This document shows, piece by piece, positions 38,271-48,551 of a stretch of DNA of 55,659 bases (positions are counted from its first letter, which is position 1; every line of letters starts with the position of its first letter). The DNA is from a virus (taxonomy: Duplodnaviria > Caudoviricetes): IMG/VR virus record IMGVR_UViG_3300028920_000083, positions 1-55,659 of that record; one strand, 5' to 3'. Both the position numbers and the translations under genes were made by a program. The notes under the pieces are model-generated. The model had not been told where the DNA came from and did no database searches. It worked only from the letters and a program-made list of their open reading frames with translations.

Positions 38271-38717
38271 CTAAGACGCCCTCTCAAGATCCACCGTATG
38301 CACATCCCGAATATACGGTTTCAGATATCTCCAAGCTGTTACACTTGGAATACCTGCAAGGATATGCTCTGCCGGTCGTGATCTATCGTAGGTAGACCTG
38401 ACATTAGAATAACCCTGAGCTACCATGCTCAGGTTCTCAAACTCCATTTCCGGGTCTACGCCATCAAGAAGTGCGCTTGCACATTCAATACAAGCATTCT
38501 TGATGTCGTCAGGGACATCCGTATCAGCGTCCCTTGGGAACTGCAATTCTTGATCTTCGTCAGTTTTTTCTCCTAAAAAGTTAAGACGATCAATTAACTT
38601 GGTTGCCCATTGCAACCCCTTATTCTTGTCAGCATCAGCGGCAGCATCCCATGCGGCGGTATTTAGCCGTTCACCCATATAGGTGTTGCCTTCGGCTAGA
38701 GTTGCATATTGCGCCAT
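38271..38717 (-). CDS. Head-tail adaptor (DnaT-like family)
   Basis: YATLAE...W...ATKLID...Q-x-LQFPR...VP-x-DIK-x-A-x-x-E. Confidence 0.7.
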   Translation of the reverse strand: MAQYATLAEGNTYMGERLNTAAWDAAADADKNKGLQWATKLIDRLNFLGEKTDEDQELQFPRDADTDVPDDIKNACIECASALLDGVDPEMEFENLSMVAQGYSNVRSTYDRSRPAEHILAGIPSVTAWRYLKPYIRDVHTVDLERAS

Positions 38718-38728
38718 TTCAGATTCTC

Positions 38729-41700
38729 CTAATCATCTGCATACATTAACCGTCGCCGGGCATTTCTTCTCATCACACTACTGACAAGAGCCACACTTGC
38801 ATCGTCACCTTCACCACCATTTTCGGAATACTCAAGAGCACCTATATCCCACGGAACAACACGGGTACGCCCTGACAAATCAGTATTAAATGCTAAATCA
38901 GCATCAGCACTTAAGTCTGCACCCTTATCTCTTGCCGGATCTGTAGTAATAAGATTATAATTATCAGCAGCCTTATTCTTAAAGGTAAGCGTTTTGTTAA
39001 TCTCAGGATTACTCCCCGGAGCCGTTGCGTCACCAGAGAGATTATCTGTCGATGCAACATTAAAGCTATTAACATAATCAATCGGCGTTGTACCAGCAGC
39101 TTGACTAATATTATTCTTAGCAATTATGTCAGAACCATTACCATCATCATAAATACCATAGCGTGATTTGGCTAATGTATTATTGTAGAGGAAGGCTATA
39201 GCCTTACGGATTTTAATAGCACATTCCTTATAACCAGTAGCACCAAAGTCATATATAACATTGTTCCAAGCTTTGACAATTTGATTATACCCATAATTCC
39301 ATGATACGTCAATACCAGCATGATTACCAGCCGCCCCAACACCACCACCCTTAATTATACAACCCTCAACTTGACAAATCGAAGGTGAAGGTGTCCCGCT
39401 TACATTTACATTAAACTGTACAGCCGAATTAGCAGCAGTATTATTCTTATGAATTTGTAGATGTTTTAACCAAATATGCTTGAGTGGTCCATCTGTAAGA
39501 TTAACACAGACACCATTAACAACTAGTCTATATGCAGTAGAGGTCCAGATACCTCCAGAATGCTTACCTGCTCCTGTAGCTTCAACCTTAATATAATTAG
39601 CAGAAGTAGTTACCCATCCTGTACCAGTACAATCAGCTTGAGTAGTATCATCAGCAGACCATGCTCCACTGATTGTGGCAACAAGATAGACTGCATCATG
39701 GACAAGATCAGCTTCCTCACCAACAAGGAAAGCATTAAAGCTAGAGTAATCTCCACCTGATTCTCTAATCGTCTTAGAACGCATAGCAGGAGTAACAACT
39801 TCACTTGCACCTATATCCCACGTTGCGCCTCGCGTATGCCCATCAATATCAGTGTTAAACGCGATTGCTGAATCAGCACTAAGGTCTACACCATTATCAA
39901 TTGCGTCTGTATCTTGAGGTATGATTCGATAATCATCAAACTCGAAGCCCACGAATTGTAGGGACTTATTATTCTGAGGATTACTACCGGGTGCTGTAGC
40001 ATCACTCGCAAGGTTACTATCAGAAGCTGCATCAAATGTGCCACTATAATCTGTACCAGCACCTTGAACAATATTATTCTTAAGGACTGCCTCTGCTAAA
40101 GCAGCACCAGATAATATACCTGTAATACCTCCGTAACAAGTATTATTATAGACCCACATATAATGAAGATTATTTGTGCCACCAATCTGCATAGGTCCAC
40201 CTGATCCAGCACCAGTGAACCCATAAATAATATTATTCCAAAGTCTATATTCAGCCCCTGCACGGGCGGAAGCAAGATAATAACCGTACTGACCACCACC
40301 TGCGGTATCATTACCCTTAATAATACAATTTGAAATTTTAATATTATGCCTTAAAGAATTAGTTATCCAGATACCATTATCACCAGAATTACTACCATCT
40401 AAATGAATTTGTAAACCATCAAGCCAGAACTCTTTGACCATTGAAGTAACAACACCATTAGAAGCACCTACTACACGATAAGCAGAAGTTGTCCACTTAC
40501 CATGATGACGCGCACCATCGTCAAGAGTAGTAATCTTGATGCCATTACCTTTACCTGTATACCAACCATCAGCCTGTCTGAACCAATACTGATTCTCAGA
40601 AACACCAGTACCACTTATCTCTGCTACAACCTGCGTACCAGCATACACAAGATCATCAGCTTCACCAGCTTCAAAAGCATCGACATCACTGTAATCACCA
40701 CCAGATGTTGCTATTGTCCTAGTAATCACTGAACCAATATATTCACGGGCTCCAGCATCCCAAGTACCACTACGTGTATTACCAAGGATATCAGTATTGA
40801 ATGCATACTTAGCATCAGCACTCAAATCAGTACCCTGATCTATTGAAGAAGTATCTTCACCATTGATTCTATAATCATAACCCGTTGTATATTCGCCGGG
40901 GTCAATATAATCAGGTGTCTGATTCTTACGTTCAGGTGACGAGCCATCACCACTTACATTTGTTGCACTTGCTGTATAAGCCATTAAGTAATCAGCAGTA
41001 ACATTCTGATCACAAAGATTATTCTTAACATATAGAGGCATCGAGGTAGCAATAGCTCTATGAATACCATACCTACCATTCTTGTAGCAAGTATTATTGT
41101 AAGCAATTACTTCCATATTTGCTTGCCACTGGCAGGCATGTATACCATCGTGTTCATTACCATAAATGATGTTATTAACAAGTACATATTGACCAACTGC
41201 ACCACTTATGCCACTAACTGCACAAGCTATACCATGTGAGCCTGTATTACCTGCACCACCAAGAGCATTGTGGATTAAGCATTCCGTAGCTCTAAGATCT
41301 ATGAATTTACCATTAGCTAATCCACTTGTGCCAAGTGATATACAGGAACCAATTTGAGCGGCAGTTGTAGTTGTATTCTGAACTTCAAGACCCTCAAAAC
41401 GTATACAATGTGTCCAAGCTCGGATAGCATCATAATACGTGCCAACAGTAATAAGACGATAATGCTGGAGGTAACTGATTGATGGTCTACCTCGGTGACG
41501 GGCTGTAGGAGTAGTGTATACACGTATGTAATTACCCTTAGCCGTACACCAACCATCAGAATCTTGGAAAAGTACCTTAGTTGTATCATTAACCGTCCAT
41601 GCACCATCTATCTTACCTTCTAATATTATACCAGTATGCACAAGATCTTGACGTTCACCAGCTTCAAAAGCTGCTAGGCTGGTGTAGTCTCCACCTGATT

Positions 41701-43660
41701 GCATAATCGTTTTTTCAACAACAGTTTGTTCAAATTGATCAGCACCAATATCCCAAGCCATTGAATCATCACGAACCTTACCATTTATATCTTCTTGCCA
41801 AGGTAGTTGTAAGTCCCAACTAAGCCACGCACCTGCACCCTTAGCATCAGTATCATCAACACTGATTCGATAATCATCATTAGCTTCATCAATAAAGTCT
41901 ACAGCTTTACTGCGGTATGCTGAATCAGGGCTTGAAGTATCTTCACTAAGATTATTACTATGCACATAAGTAGTGAAAGATGTTATTGCATAATCAGTAG
42001 GATTACCATTACAAATATTATTCTTAAGGTATAATGCAACATCACCCGCACTATCTTCAATCTGAATACCTCTATTAACATTATCTACAAGCGTATTATT
42101 ATAGATAACAAATGTATTACCTGTTCCACCATAATCATAATATATGCCTACATACCAGTCATAAATTATATTATTCCACATACGATGGACACCATCAGCG
42201 CAACCATCTTGCTGGATACCTGCATCACTAACACTGTCAGGAGTACCACCACCTGTCCAACGTATAATATTATTAAAAATCTCATCGCCCATAGCATTAT
42301 TACGGATGCCCATAACATTGCCAGTTGTCGCATCAGTCCAGTCATTAGCAATTTGTAGACCTTCAACAGTTACATAATCAGTATCAATAAAGAGGGCACC
42401 ATTCCACTGACTAGCTACCTCAAGAATATATTTATCAGTATTCCATTTACCAGTATGTGCAGCCGTCGCCTCATTACAACATATCCAAATTCTACGCTGT
42501 GCATCTGTTACCCAAGCTGCATCATCAATAGCACAATAAGTAGTATCAGGGCCACCACTCCAATCACCTTCAATACTTGCCATAGCAAGATGATCAGCCG
42601 TCACAAGATCAGCAGCTTCACCAGCTTCCCATGCACTAAGACTTGTATAATCACCACCCGAGGGCTTAACAGTTCTTTTAGACCTTGCAGGTGCTTCACT
42701 AGCACCTATATCCCAAGTACCAGCAACTGGTCGTGTTCTGCCAGATATGTCTGTATTAAATGCAAGATAAGGATCAGCACTAAGGTCTGCACCATGATTA
42801 CGTGCATGTGTAGTTTTATCAATACGTGATAAGCGGAAGTCCTTTGTCTGATACTGTGCAAACATCGGCACCTTCTGCCTATAGTCCTGACCATCCGGTG
42901 AAGTCTGATCCATAGAAATATTAGCAACAGTTTGTAATGTACTCACACCACTAAGACTGTAATTAGCTTGGCTACCATTGCCAATAATATTATTCTTAAG
43001 GCGGACAGTAGAAACTGTTGCAGAATCATTGAAAAGTATGCCGTAATTGACAAGATCATAAAGTGTATTGTTATAGGCTATAAGCGTTATATTGCCACCA
43101 GCACTAAAGCGTATGCCATGATAGAAGTTATGTGCTATACAATTCCACATCTTAATTGTAGTATTATCACCCACAGTACCAAGATCAAGGAAACAATCAA
43201 GGTTACTAGAAGGATTTGCACCAGTACCCTTAGCAAGTATTGCTTCAAACTCATATTCAGGATTAAGCACTGGATTACCATCGGGGCGGAAACACTTTGT
43301 TGCAACAGTAGTACGGTTACATTCTATCTGGATATAACGAATCTTAACATGGCTGGCCTGTAACCGTATTACTCCATGAACACTTTCACCCTTTAAAATA
43401 TACTTATTAGAATCCCAAACACCAGAAGTATGATTTGCTGAATCTGCTTTAATCTCGATATATCGAGTAGAATCAGTAGTCCAATCAGTGCCAAGTTCAA
43501 CAGCAGCAGTATCAGGACCACCGCTCCAGTCACCTTCAATAGAAGCGATCGCTATCTCATCAGCCGTAACAAGATTACGTGCCTCACCTGCATCAAAAGC
43601 AGCAAGTGAAGAATAATCGCCGCCTGACGGCTTTACTGTTTTGGTTACTGGAGTTGCCAT
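38729..43660 (-). CDS. 1643-aa protein of five tandem right-handed beta-helix modules (putative head fibre or depolymerase)
   Basis: Five ~320-aa repeats, each starting T-[VI]-x-x-SGGDY and ending WD[IA]GA-x-[EQ], with NNT/KNN beta-helix signatures. Confidence 0.75.
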   Translation of the reverse strand: MATPVTKTVKPSGGDYSSLAAFDAGEARNLVTADEIAIASIEGDWSGGPDTAAVELGTDWTTDSTRYIEIKADSANHTSGVWDSNKYILKGESVHGVIRLQASHVKIRYIQIECNRTTVATKCFRPDGNPVLNPEYEFEAILAKGTGANPSSNLDCFLDLGTVGDNTTIKMWNCIAHNFYHGIRFSAGGNITLIAYNNTLYDLVNYGILFNDSATVSTVRLKNNIIGNGSQANYSLSGVSTLQTVANISMDQTSPDGQDYRQKVPMFAQYQTKDFRLSRIDKTTHARNHGADLSADPYLAFNTDISGRTRPVAGTWDIGASEAPARSKRTVKPSGGDYTSLSAWEAGEAADLVTADHLAMASIEGDWSGGPDTTYCAIDDAAWVTDAQRRIWICCNEATAAHTGKWNTDKYILEVASQWNGALFIDTDYVTVEGLQIANDWTDATTGNVMGIRNNAMGDEIFNNIIRWTGGGTPDSVSDAGIQQDGCADGVHRMWNNIIYDWYVGIYYDYGGTGNTFVIYNNTLVDNVNRGIQIEDSAGDVALYLKNNICNGNPTDYAITSFTTYVHSNNLSEDTSSPDSAYRSKAVDFIDEANDDYRISVDDTDAKGAGAWLSWDLQLPWQEDINGKVRDDSMAWDIGADQFEQTVVEKTIMQSGGDYTSLAAFEAGERQDLVHTGIILEGKIDGAWTVNDTTKVLFQDSDGWCTAKGNYIRVYTTPTARHRGRPSISYLQHYRLITVGTYYDAIRAWTHCIRFEGLEVQNTTTTAAQIGSCISLGTSGLANGKFIDLRATECLIHNALGGAGNTGSHGIACAVSGISGAVGQYVLVNNIIYGNEHDGIHACQWQANMEVIAYNNTCYKNGRYGIHRAIATSMPLYVKNNLCDQNVTADYLMAYTASATNVSGDGSSPERKNQTPDYIDPGEYTTGYDYRINGEDTSSIDQGTDLSADAKYAFNTDILGNTRSGTWDAGAREYIGSVITRTIATSGGDYSDVDAFEAGEADDLVYAGTQVVAEISGTGVSENQYWFRQADGWYTGKGNGIKITTLDDGARHHGKWTTSAYRVVGASNGVVTSMVKEFWLDGLQIHLDGSNSGDNGIWITNSLRHNIKISNCIIKGNDTAGGGQYGYYLASARAGAEYRLWNNIIYGFTGAGSGGPMQIGGTNNLHYMWVYNNTCYGGITGILSGAALAEAVLKNNIVQGAGTDYSGTFDAASDSNLASDATAPGSNPQNNKSLQFVGFEFDDYRIIPQDTDAIDNGVDLSADSAIAFNTDIDGHTRGATWDIGASEVVTPAMRSKTIRESGGDYSSFNAFLVGEEADLVHDAVYLVATISGAWSADDTTQADCTGTGWVTTSANYIKVEATGAGKHSGGIWTSTAYRLVVNGVCVNLTDGPLKHIWLKHLQIHKNNTAANSAVQFNVNVSGTPSPSICQVEGCIIKGGGVGAAGNHAGIDVSWNYGYNQIVKAWNNVIYDFGATGYKECAIKIRKAIAFLYNNTLAKSRYGIYDDGNGSDIIAKNNISQAAGTTPIDYVNSFNVASTDNLSGDATAPGSNPEINKTLTFKNKAADNYNLITTDPARDKGADLSADADLAFNTDLSGRTRVVPWDIGALEYSENGGEGDDASVALVSSVMRRNARRRLMYADD

Positions 43661-43665
43661 ATTAC

Positions 43666-43998
43666 TTAGCCCTCGTTATCAGTAATATCTTTAACCGCAA
43701 TAGCCTTCTTGCCACCAGCAGCAAGAATGTCATCAACCTGTGCATTTGTAAAACTATACTTCTTTGCAGTTTCCTTCATCACAGTTGGCACACCAGTCGC
43801 AGGATCAGGTTCGCCAAGAGACTGCTCACCTGTCTCATATCGAGCAAGGAAATCAGTTTTATCATCATCAACTTCAATAATCACAAACTTCTCAGTATTA
43901 AGTTCCTCAGTACCCCACTGCTTGCCGGAAGGTCCAACAGAGATAATCTCTCCACGCCTATTACCTTCTCTTGCAAGTACCAATAACTCCCTAGCCAT
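43666..43998 (-). CDS. Hypothetical virion-associated protein
   Basis: TAATG coupling; in the head operon. Confidence 0.6.
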   Translation of the reverse strand: MARELLVLAREGNRRGEIISVGPSGKQWGTEELNTEKFVIIEVDDDKTDFLARYETGEQSLGEPDPATGVPTVMKETAKKYSFTNAQVDDILAAGGKKAIAVKDITDNEG

Positions 43999-44132
43999 TA
44001 TCCCTTCCTCCCACGGCCTTTACCCCGGCCACCGCCTTTACCATAGCCGGGGCCTCCACGGCTACAGCCACCTTTATTTCGATTAGCTCCGACACCCTTG
44101 CCAGAACCATTACGCCTCGGTCTGCCTGCCAT
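43998..44132 (-). CDS. 44-aa Gly/Arg/Lys-rich basic protein
   Basis: MAGRPRRNGSGKG...GRGKGRGRKG; AAGGA RBS; overlaps the portal stop. Confidence 0.6.
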   Translation of the reverse strand: MAGRPRRNGSGKGVGANRNKGGCSRGGPGYGKGGGRGKGRGRKG

Positions 44133-45837
44133 TTTCCTTTTCCTTTTCTCCTGCCTTATCATCGGCAGATAAATCACTAACGCCCCTTGCGCCAGCTTCA
44201 CTCTGAGCGAGCGCAATACGCGCCGCCCGTTCAGCATGATCCTTCTTAGCTTGTTCAACTTGTCCAGCAGGATAACCACGGATTTTAGAAGCAAGCTCTG
44301 TAGAAACAAAGCCTGCTTCATGGTCCGTATTAATTGTCTCAGCATCACTAACTATAACTTCTGCTTGCTCAATTTCTCCATAAATAAGTTCAAGAGTATC
44401 ATTAGATATTTTATGACCAACAATCACATTTGCAATGTTCTTAGCAAGTTCTTTCTGATAAGTTTTCGATGGGATAGATTCCATTAATTCTTTGAGTTCA
44501 TCAGCTTCCTTACGGCGTTCAGCGTCACTACGTAGATTATAACGAGTCGGATACTTGACAGTAGGAACATCACTACCGCCTTCATATGCTGTCCATATAA
44601 TACCAACTTCACGCTCGCCGTGTTCAAGCTCAAGACCAATACAAGATAAGCCAGCCTCAAGACCATGCTCGTCAATACTCTTACTCTCGGCACTTGCCCT
44701 CTGTGGAGCAATATTAGTTATAGCAAGATTAACAAGCTGACGTATCTCTTGTTTAATCTTCTCTTGCTTCTCCATACTAGCGATAAGCGGTTCTGCGGAC
44801 GGATGTATAAATCCGGGCCTCTCAACATCCTTCGGATATCTACGACCTTGTGTAGCTCCAACCTTAATAGACTTACCAGAAGCTTTCTGAGTAGGAGCAG
44901 ATTCGCCCGCCTTCTCATCACTAGTCTTAGGTACTGCTGTTCTAGTGAACACCATCTCTGAGTTAGGATTATATTGCTCAGTATAGAATGGGAAGTTAGC
45001 TTTGAGAGCATAGTTAATATCTGAGGAAGCCAAATTAAGTAAAGCGATTTGATAATCAGCCACATCAGTAAGTAGAGACTGGCCGATATCAAAGACCACA
45101 AACGGTATTACTGGAATCTCTATAGTAGTAGCTTTGTCATTAAGTTCATTACCAACATCATCATAGAATTTGACTTCAACTTTACCCTCAATAAGTCTTA
45201 GTAACCTGTACTCCTCAACTTGATCACATACTAATCCATAATCATCACAAGTAACATCCTTATGGTCACGTAATAAGACAGATGTGAAATTACCAGCCTT
45301 ATCAGTAGCCCAAGACCGGATATCTTCGACCTGATACATATATAGATACGGGTGTATCGTGCGCGTGTCCGCGCGTGAGGCACCTTCCTTCACTTCTGGC
45401 TTATCTATAAAGACGCCTACCTTACCCATCGCAAGAAGCTCAGGTAAGATACCTGTACCTACAAAACTAGTCATAGTATTGGCTTGAAGATCAACACCAC
45501 CAAGCTCACCTACTACTGCTTTGCGATAAGAGTCAGGACCACTAGTCCTTGTAATATCTACCATACGCTGATAGATAGCATTCTTGATATCAATTATTGC
45601 AGCCTTAGCATGACTAGGTGAATAAGAAATCTTCTTTCTAGATGTAAAATCTCCACTATCTTCACGCGCGCTGAACCGCTCAAGGTATTCATCTACGAAA
45701 TCATGCCCACCCTCATAGGTGTATCTATACTTCTCCCAATCCGATACCATAGCATCGTAATCAGGATGCGTAATCGAATTTGGCTTAGAAACGGCCTCAC
45801 CCTGATAGCAGAGTTGCCATATCTTATACAACACCAC
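44110..45837 (-). CDS. Portal protein
   Basis: THPDY...W...Y-x-GG...YL...E...R N-terminal portal pattern, IPFV; follows TerL; GTG 45837 after GGAGG. Confidence 0.85.
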   Translation of the reverse strand: MVLYKIWQLCYQGEAVSKPNSITHPDYDAMVSDWEKYRYTYEGGHDFVDEYLERFSAREDSGDFTSRKKISYSPSHAKAAIIDIKNAIYQRMVDITRTSGPDSYRKAVVGELGGVDLQANTMTSFVGTGILPELLAMGKVGVFIDKPEVKEGASRADTRTIHPYLYMYQVEDIRSWATDKAGNFTSVLLRDHKDVTCDDYGLVCDQVEEYRLLRLIEGKVEVKFYDDVGNELNDKATTIEIPVIPFVVFDIGQSLLTDVADYQIALLNLASSDINYALKANFPFYTEQYNPNSEMVFTRTAVPKTSDEKAGESAPTQKASGKSIKVGATQGRRYPKDVERPGFIHPSAEPLIASMEKQEKIKQEIRQLVNLAITNIAPQRASAESKSIDEHGLEAGLSCIGLELEHGEREVGIIWTAYEGGSDVPTVKYPTRYNLRSDAERRKEADELKELMESIPSKTYQKELAKNIANVIVGHKISNDTLELIYGEIEQAEVIVSDAETINTDHEAGFVSTELASKIRGYPAGQVEQAKKDHAERAARIALAQSEAGARGVSDLSADDKAGEKEKENGRQTEA

Positions 45838-47470
45838 GGATATCCTCCGATCTTGCAAGACCAACAGCTAATTGTATGGCTAACTCCGCGTATGTTCGGG
45901 CATGAGCGAAGTGATCCTCCTCATTCCCTGTTACATACTTACCCACCGGATTGCCCAATATATCCTTAGAGTAGATACGAACAAGAGCCTTAAGATGTTC
46001 TTTGTACTCATGGGATAAGTCTTTTGGAAGGATCATCTTCTCACGTCTAAATCTACTTAAGGCTAGGTCAATCCAAGATGTTCGATCCACAGACATCGTA
46101 TGCTCTTCTTCGGCATGTATATGTATAGCCTTACTATTAATCCCGGTGCCATAGAAACAAAGCTTAACATGGCCCCAAAAGCGTTGTGCAAATTCCAGAG
46201 CTTTACGCCGCTCCGGGTTAGCGTCGATAACCGCGAAGGCTACACCGTATTGCTGGATCAGATAATCAAGTTCCTCGAAGTGTTGTACTTTACCCTCAGT
46301 CAACAACCGAGTAGTTGTTGCTAAATTAATATCGTTAGTCGAAGTTTCACGGTCAATAAAGACCTGATCAATCTCATAATGCAGCCATTTGCCAACGTCA
46401 ATACCCATAACAACCATACCTTGGCCTGTACTAGTCTTAACATGAGTACCAGTACATTTCTCAATATCTGCATCTGTAATACGTGCGCCTTCTACTATAT
46501 GTGTTAAGCCAAGCTTAGAGTTATAAAACTCTTGCTCATCAGTAGGGTTACTCTGAGCCTTCAAATAGAGTGTTGCAATTTCATAAGGCTTCACGGTCAT
46601 GGAGTAAAGTTGATTAATATGATAACCTTCTATTAGTCTGTCAGTATGACCACGTACCCATCGTGCATTACGGAGCCAATCGATTTTAGAATCATGCTCC
46701 AACTTATGGTCACATTCTTTACACTTAAGATGAGTATCAAGAATAGCGATATCATCAGGATCATCACCGATTATGACAAGACACTCAGGGAATACTAGCT
46801 CAGTCAGCCTGTTACAGTGTGGACACCGGAAGAAGAAATGACTTTGAGAGGATTTCTTGAAATACTGATTGATGCCAAAATTATCAATAGTAGGTGTTGA
46901 CAACGCAAGAGCTTGCTTCTCAAGCTGACCACTAGTTCTCTCAAGAGCCAAGCTTATATTGTCCTGCATCATCTCGTCAAGCTCATCAAAAACTATGAGC
47001 CCGACTGGTACAGACTTAAGCTGACTCCGTGACCTACTCCCGCGTATATATAGATTCGCGTGACCCGCGCGCTTATGGTGAATATTCTTGACATCCGTGA
47101 ACAGTGTTTCTAGATGTGGAGAACCTTCAAGAGCAGGATCGAAACGTGCTGTAGAGAAGTCTGTAGCGTCAGGATTATTAGCTGGTAGCACATAGAGGAC
47201 GCTGATACCATCTATGTCGATAGCCTTAAACGTCTTATTAAGTGCCCACTCAGTGAAGCCCATCTGAGCAGCCTTTTGACCGACCACCATTTCAGCATCT
47301 GCATCATGCATCTCGCGCGTCCACGGGTGATGATCAAAAGTCCATGGACCGGGGAACGGCGCACCCATGACACGATACATCTCTGCCCATCGTGAGCAGG
47401 ATGTCGCAGTCTTACGGCGTAAGCCGTCAGAGACTCGTTGGGTGAGCATCTCTATCAAACCCGTTCCCAT
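45824..47470 (-). CDS. terL: Terminase large subunit (lambda GpA-like)
   Basis: KAAQMGFTE, FDELDEM, STPT, CPHC, MGIDVG, DHFAHA. Confidence 0.9.
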   Translation of the reverse strand: MGTGLIEMLTQRVSDGLRRKTATSCSRWAEMYRVMGAPFPGPWTFDHHPWTREMHDADAEMVVGQKAAQMGFTEWALNKTFKAIDIDGISVLYVLPANNPDATDFSTARFDPALEGSPHLETLFTDVKNIHHKRAGHANLYIRGSRSRSQLKSVPVGLIVFDELDEMMQDNISLALERTSGQLEKQALALSTPTIDNFGINQYFKKSSQSHFFFRCPHCNRLTELVFPECLVIIGDDPDDIAILDTHLKCKECDHKLEHDSKIDWLRNARWVRGHTDRLIEGYHINQLYSMTVKPYEIATLYLKAQSNPTDEQEFYNSKLGLTHIVEGARITDADIEKCTGTHVKTSTGQGMVVMGIDVGKWLHYEIDQVFIDRETSTNDINLATTTRLLTEGKVQHFEELDYLIQQYGVAFAVIDANPERRKALEFAQRFWGHVKLCFYGTGINSKAIHIHAEEEHTMSVDRTSWIDLALSRFRREKMILPKDLSHEYKEHLKALVRIYSKDILGNPVGKYVTGNEEDHFAHARTYAELAIQLAVGLARSEDIRGVV

Positions 47471-47488
47471 AACTACTATCCTTTGGAC

Positions 47489-47749
47489 CTAGACCACTGT
47501 AACTACAATCACGTCTGACCCGTCGCCCTTGAGCCAAAGATTCTTGGTACTAAACGCAGGCAGGGCAACATTCTTACCCGGAGACACGTAACCGCCCATA
47601 TCACTATTACCGCCGTGCTCAAAATTAATGTCATTAGTATTGGTTTCTGGACCTTGTAATAGGATTCCAGAATCCACATGTCTTTTCTGACTACCTAACA
47701 ACTCATAAAGAGTTGTAGGCGTCGTTGTTGGTGTAATCGTTCTAGTCAT
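47489..47749 (-). CDS. Hypothetical small beta-rich protein
   Basis: Coupled ORF between TerS and TerL. Confidence 0.6.
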   Translation of the reverse strand: MTRTITPTTTPTTLYELLGSQKRHVDSGILLQGPETNTNDINFEHGGNSDMGGYVSPGKNVALPAFSTKNLWLKGDGSDVIVVTVV

Positions 47750-48296
47750 CTTTACCTATCCTCCCTACAATCTCCAGTATCCCTGTACTGATTTGGTCAA
47801 TCTTCTCTGGCTCATCCAGATGCTCGGTTATCACAGTGATAACCTCATTAGCAAACTGGAGTATTGCTTGCTTATCAAGAAGCTGACCAAGAGAACCCTC
47901 AAGCTTGTGACAAGAATTAACAACCTTATCAATCTTCATCACAAGGTCAGAGATAGGACCGGATTGTAAAATCAGGTCAAGCTCTGTGGAGCAATGCTCA
48001 AGACGCTCCTGCATCAGCATTCTTAAAATCGCTATCTCATCCCGGAGGCTTTTCACGTCCGGGGCATCTCTATGCTGGTCAAGTTTTGCTTGCCACTTTG
48101 TCAACACATAGTTTCTCATGGCTTCTCGATTCCGCCTTTTTATGGCGTGCGCGCCGCCGTGGCAAATACAATAATCCGAGCCATCGACAGCTTTATTCAT
48201 ACACTGCCCATATTGCGTGTTGGTAGCCTGACACCTTCTAGGGTCATCCTCAGCTACCTTAATGATTTTGCGATCCTCTTCACCCACTGTGTTCAC
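47742..48296 (-). CDS. Terminase small subunit candidate (HGG zinc-finger type)
   Basis: RCQA...C...C-x-x-HGG, then helical domain; first gene of the late operon. Confidence 0.6.
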   Translation of the reverse strand: MNTVGEEDRKIIKVAEDDPRRCQATNTQYGQCMNKAVDGSDYCICHGGAHAIKRRNREAMRNYVLTKWQAKLDQHRDAPDVKSLRDEIAILRMLMQERLEHCSTELDLILQSGPISDLVMKIDKVVNSCHKLEGSLGQLLDKQAILQFANEVITVITEHLDEPEKIDQISTGILEIVGRIGKDD

Positions 48297-48343
48297 GTTT
48301 CCTTGTCAAAATCATTCCCAATACAGCCACAGTATCCACTAGG

Positions 48344-48375
48344 TATTACGGCAAATTCTGCAATATGGTAACTAA
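48344..48375 (-). promoter_or_regulatory. Bipartite motif copy 3 (putative phage-sigma late promoter)
   Basis: TTAGTTACCATA-N12-CCGTAATA ending 48 nt upstream of the TerS start. Confidence 0.72.
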
Positions 48376-48535
48376 AAATTTTAGAAATTTTTTGACGCCC
48401 TACCGTGTACAGTGCCATGATTTTACAATCATGAGTTGTGATTTTACCCACCCTGTAGGGTGTATAGCATATAGCGTCTTGTGTCAAGCGTCGGGATTCT
48501 GTGATTTTGCAGATCTGATACAATGGGGAGGGGGT

Positions 48536-48551
48536 AGCAAATTTTATGCCA
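48536..48551 (-). promoter_or_regulatory. sigma54 promoter motif facing the morphogenesis operon
   Basis: TGGCAT-AAAAT-TTGCT. Confidence 0.7.

Noticed and set aside
38729-43660. Repeats considered as CRISPR or DGR template/variable repeats
   Set aside because: Similarity is at protein level with divergent DNA; no reverse transcriptase or adenine-specific mismatch pair seen
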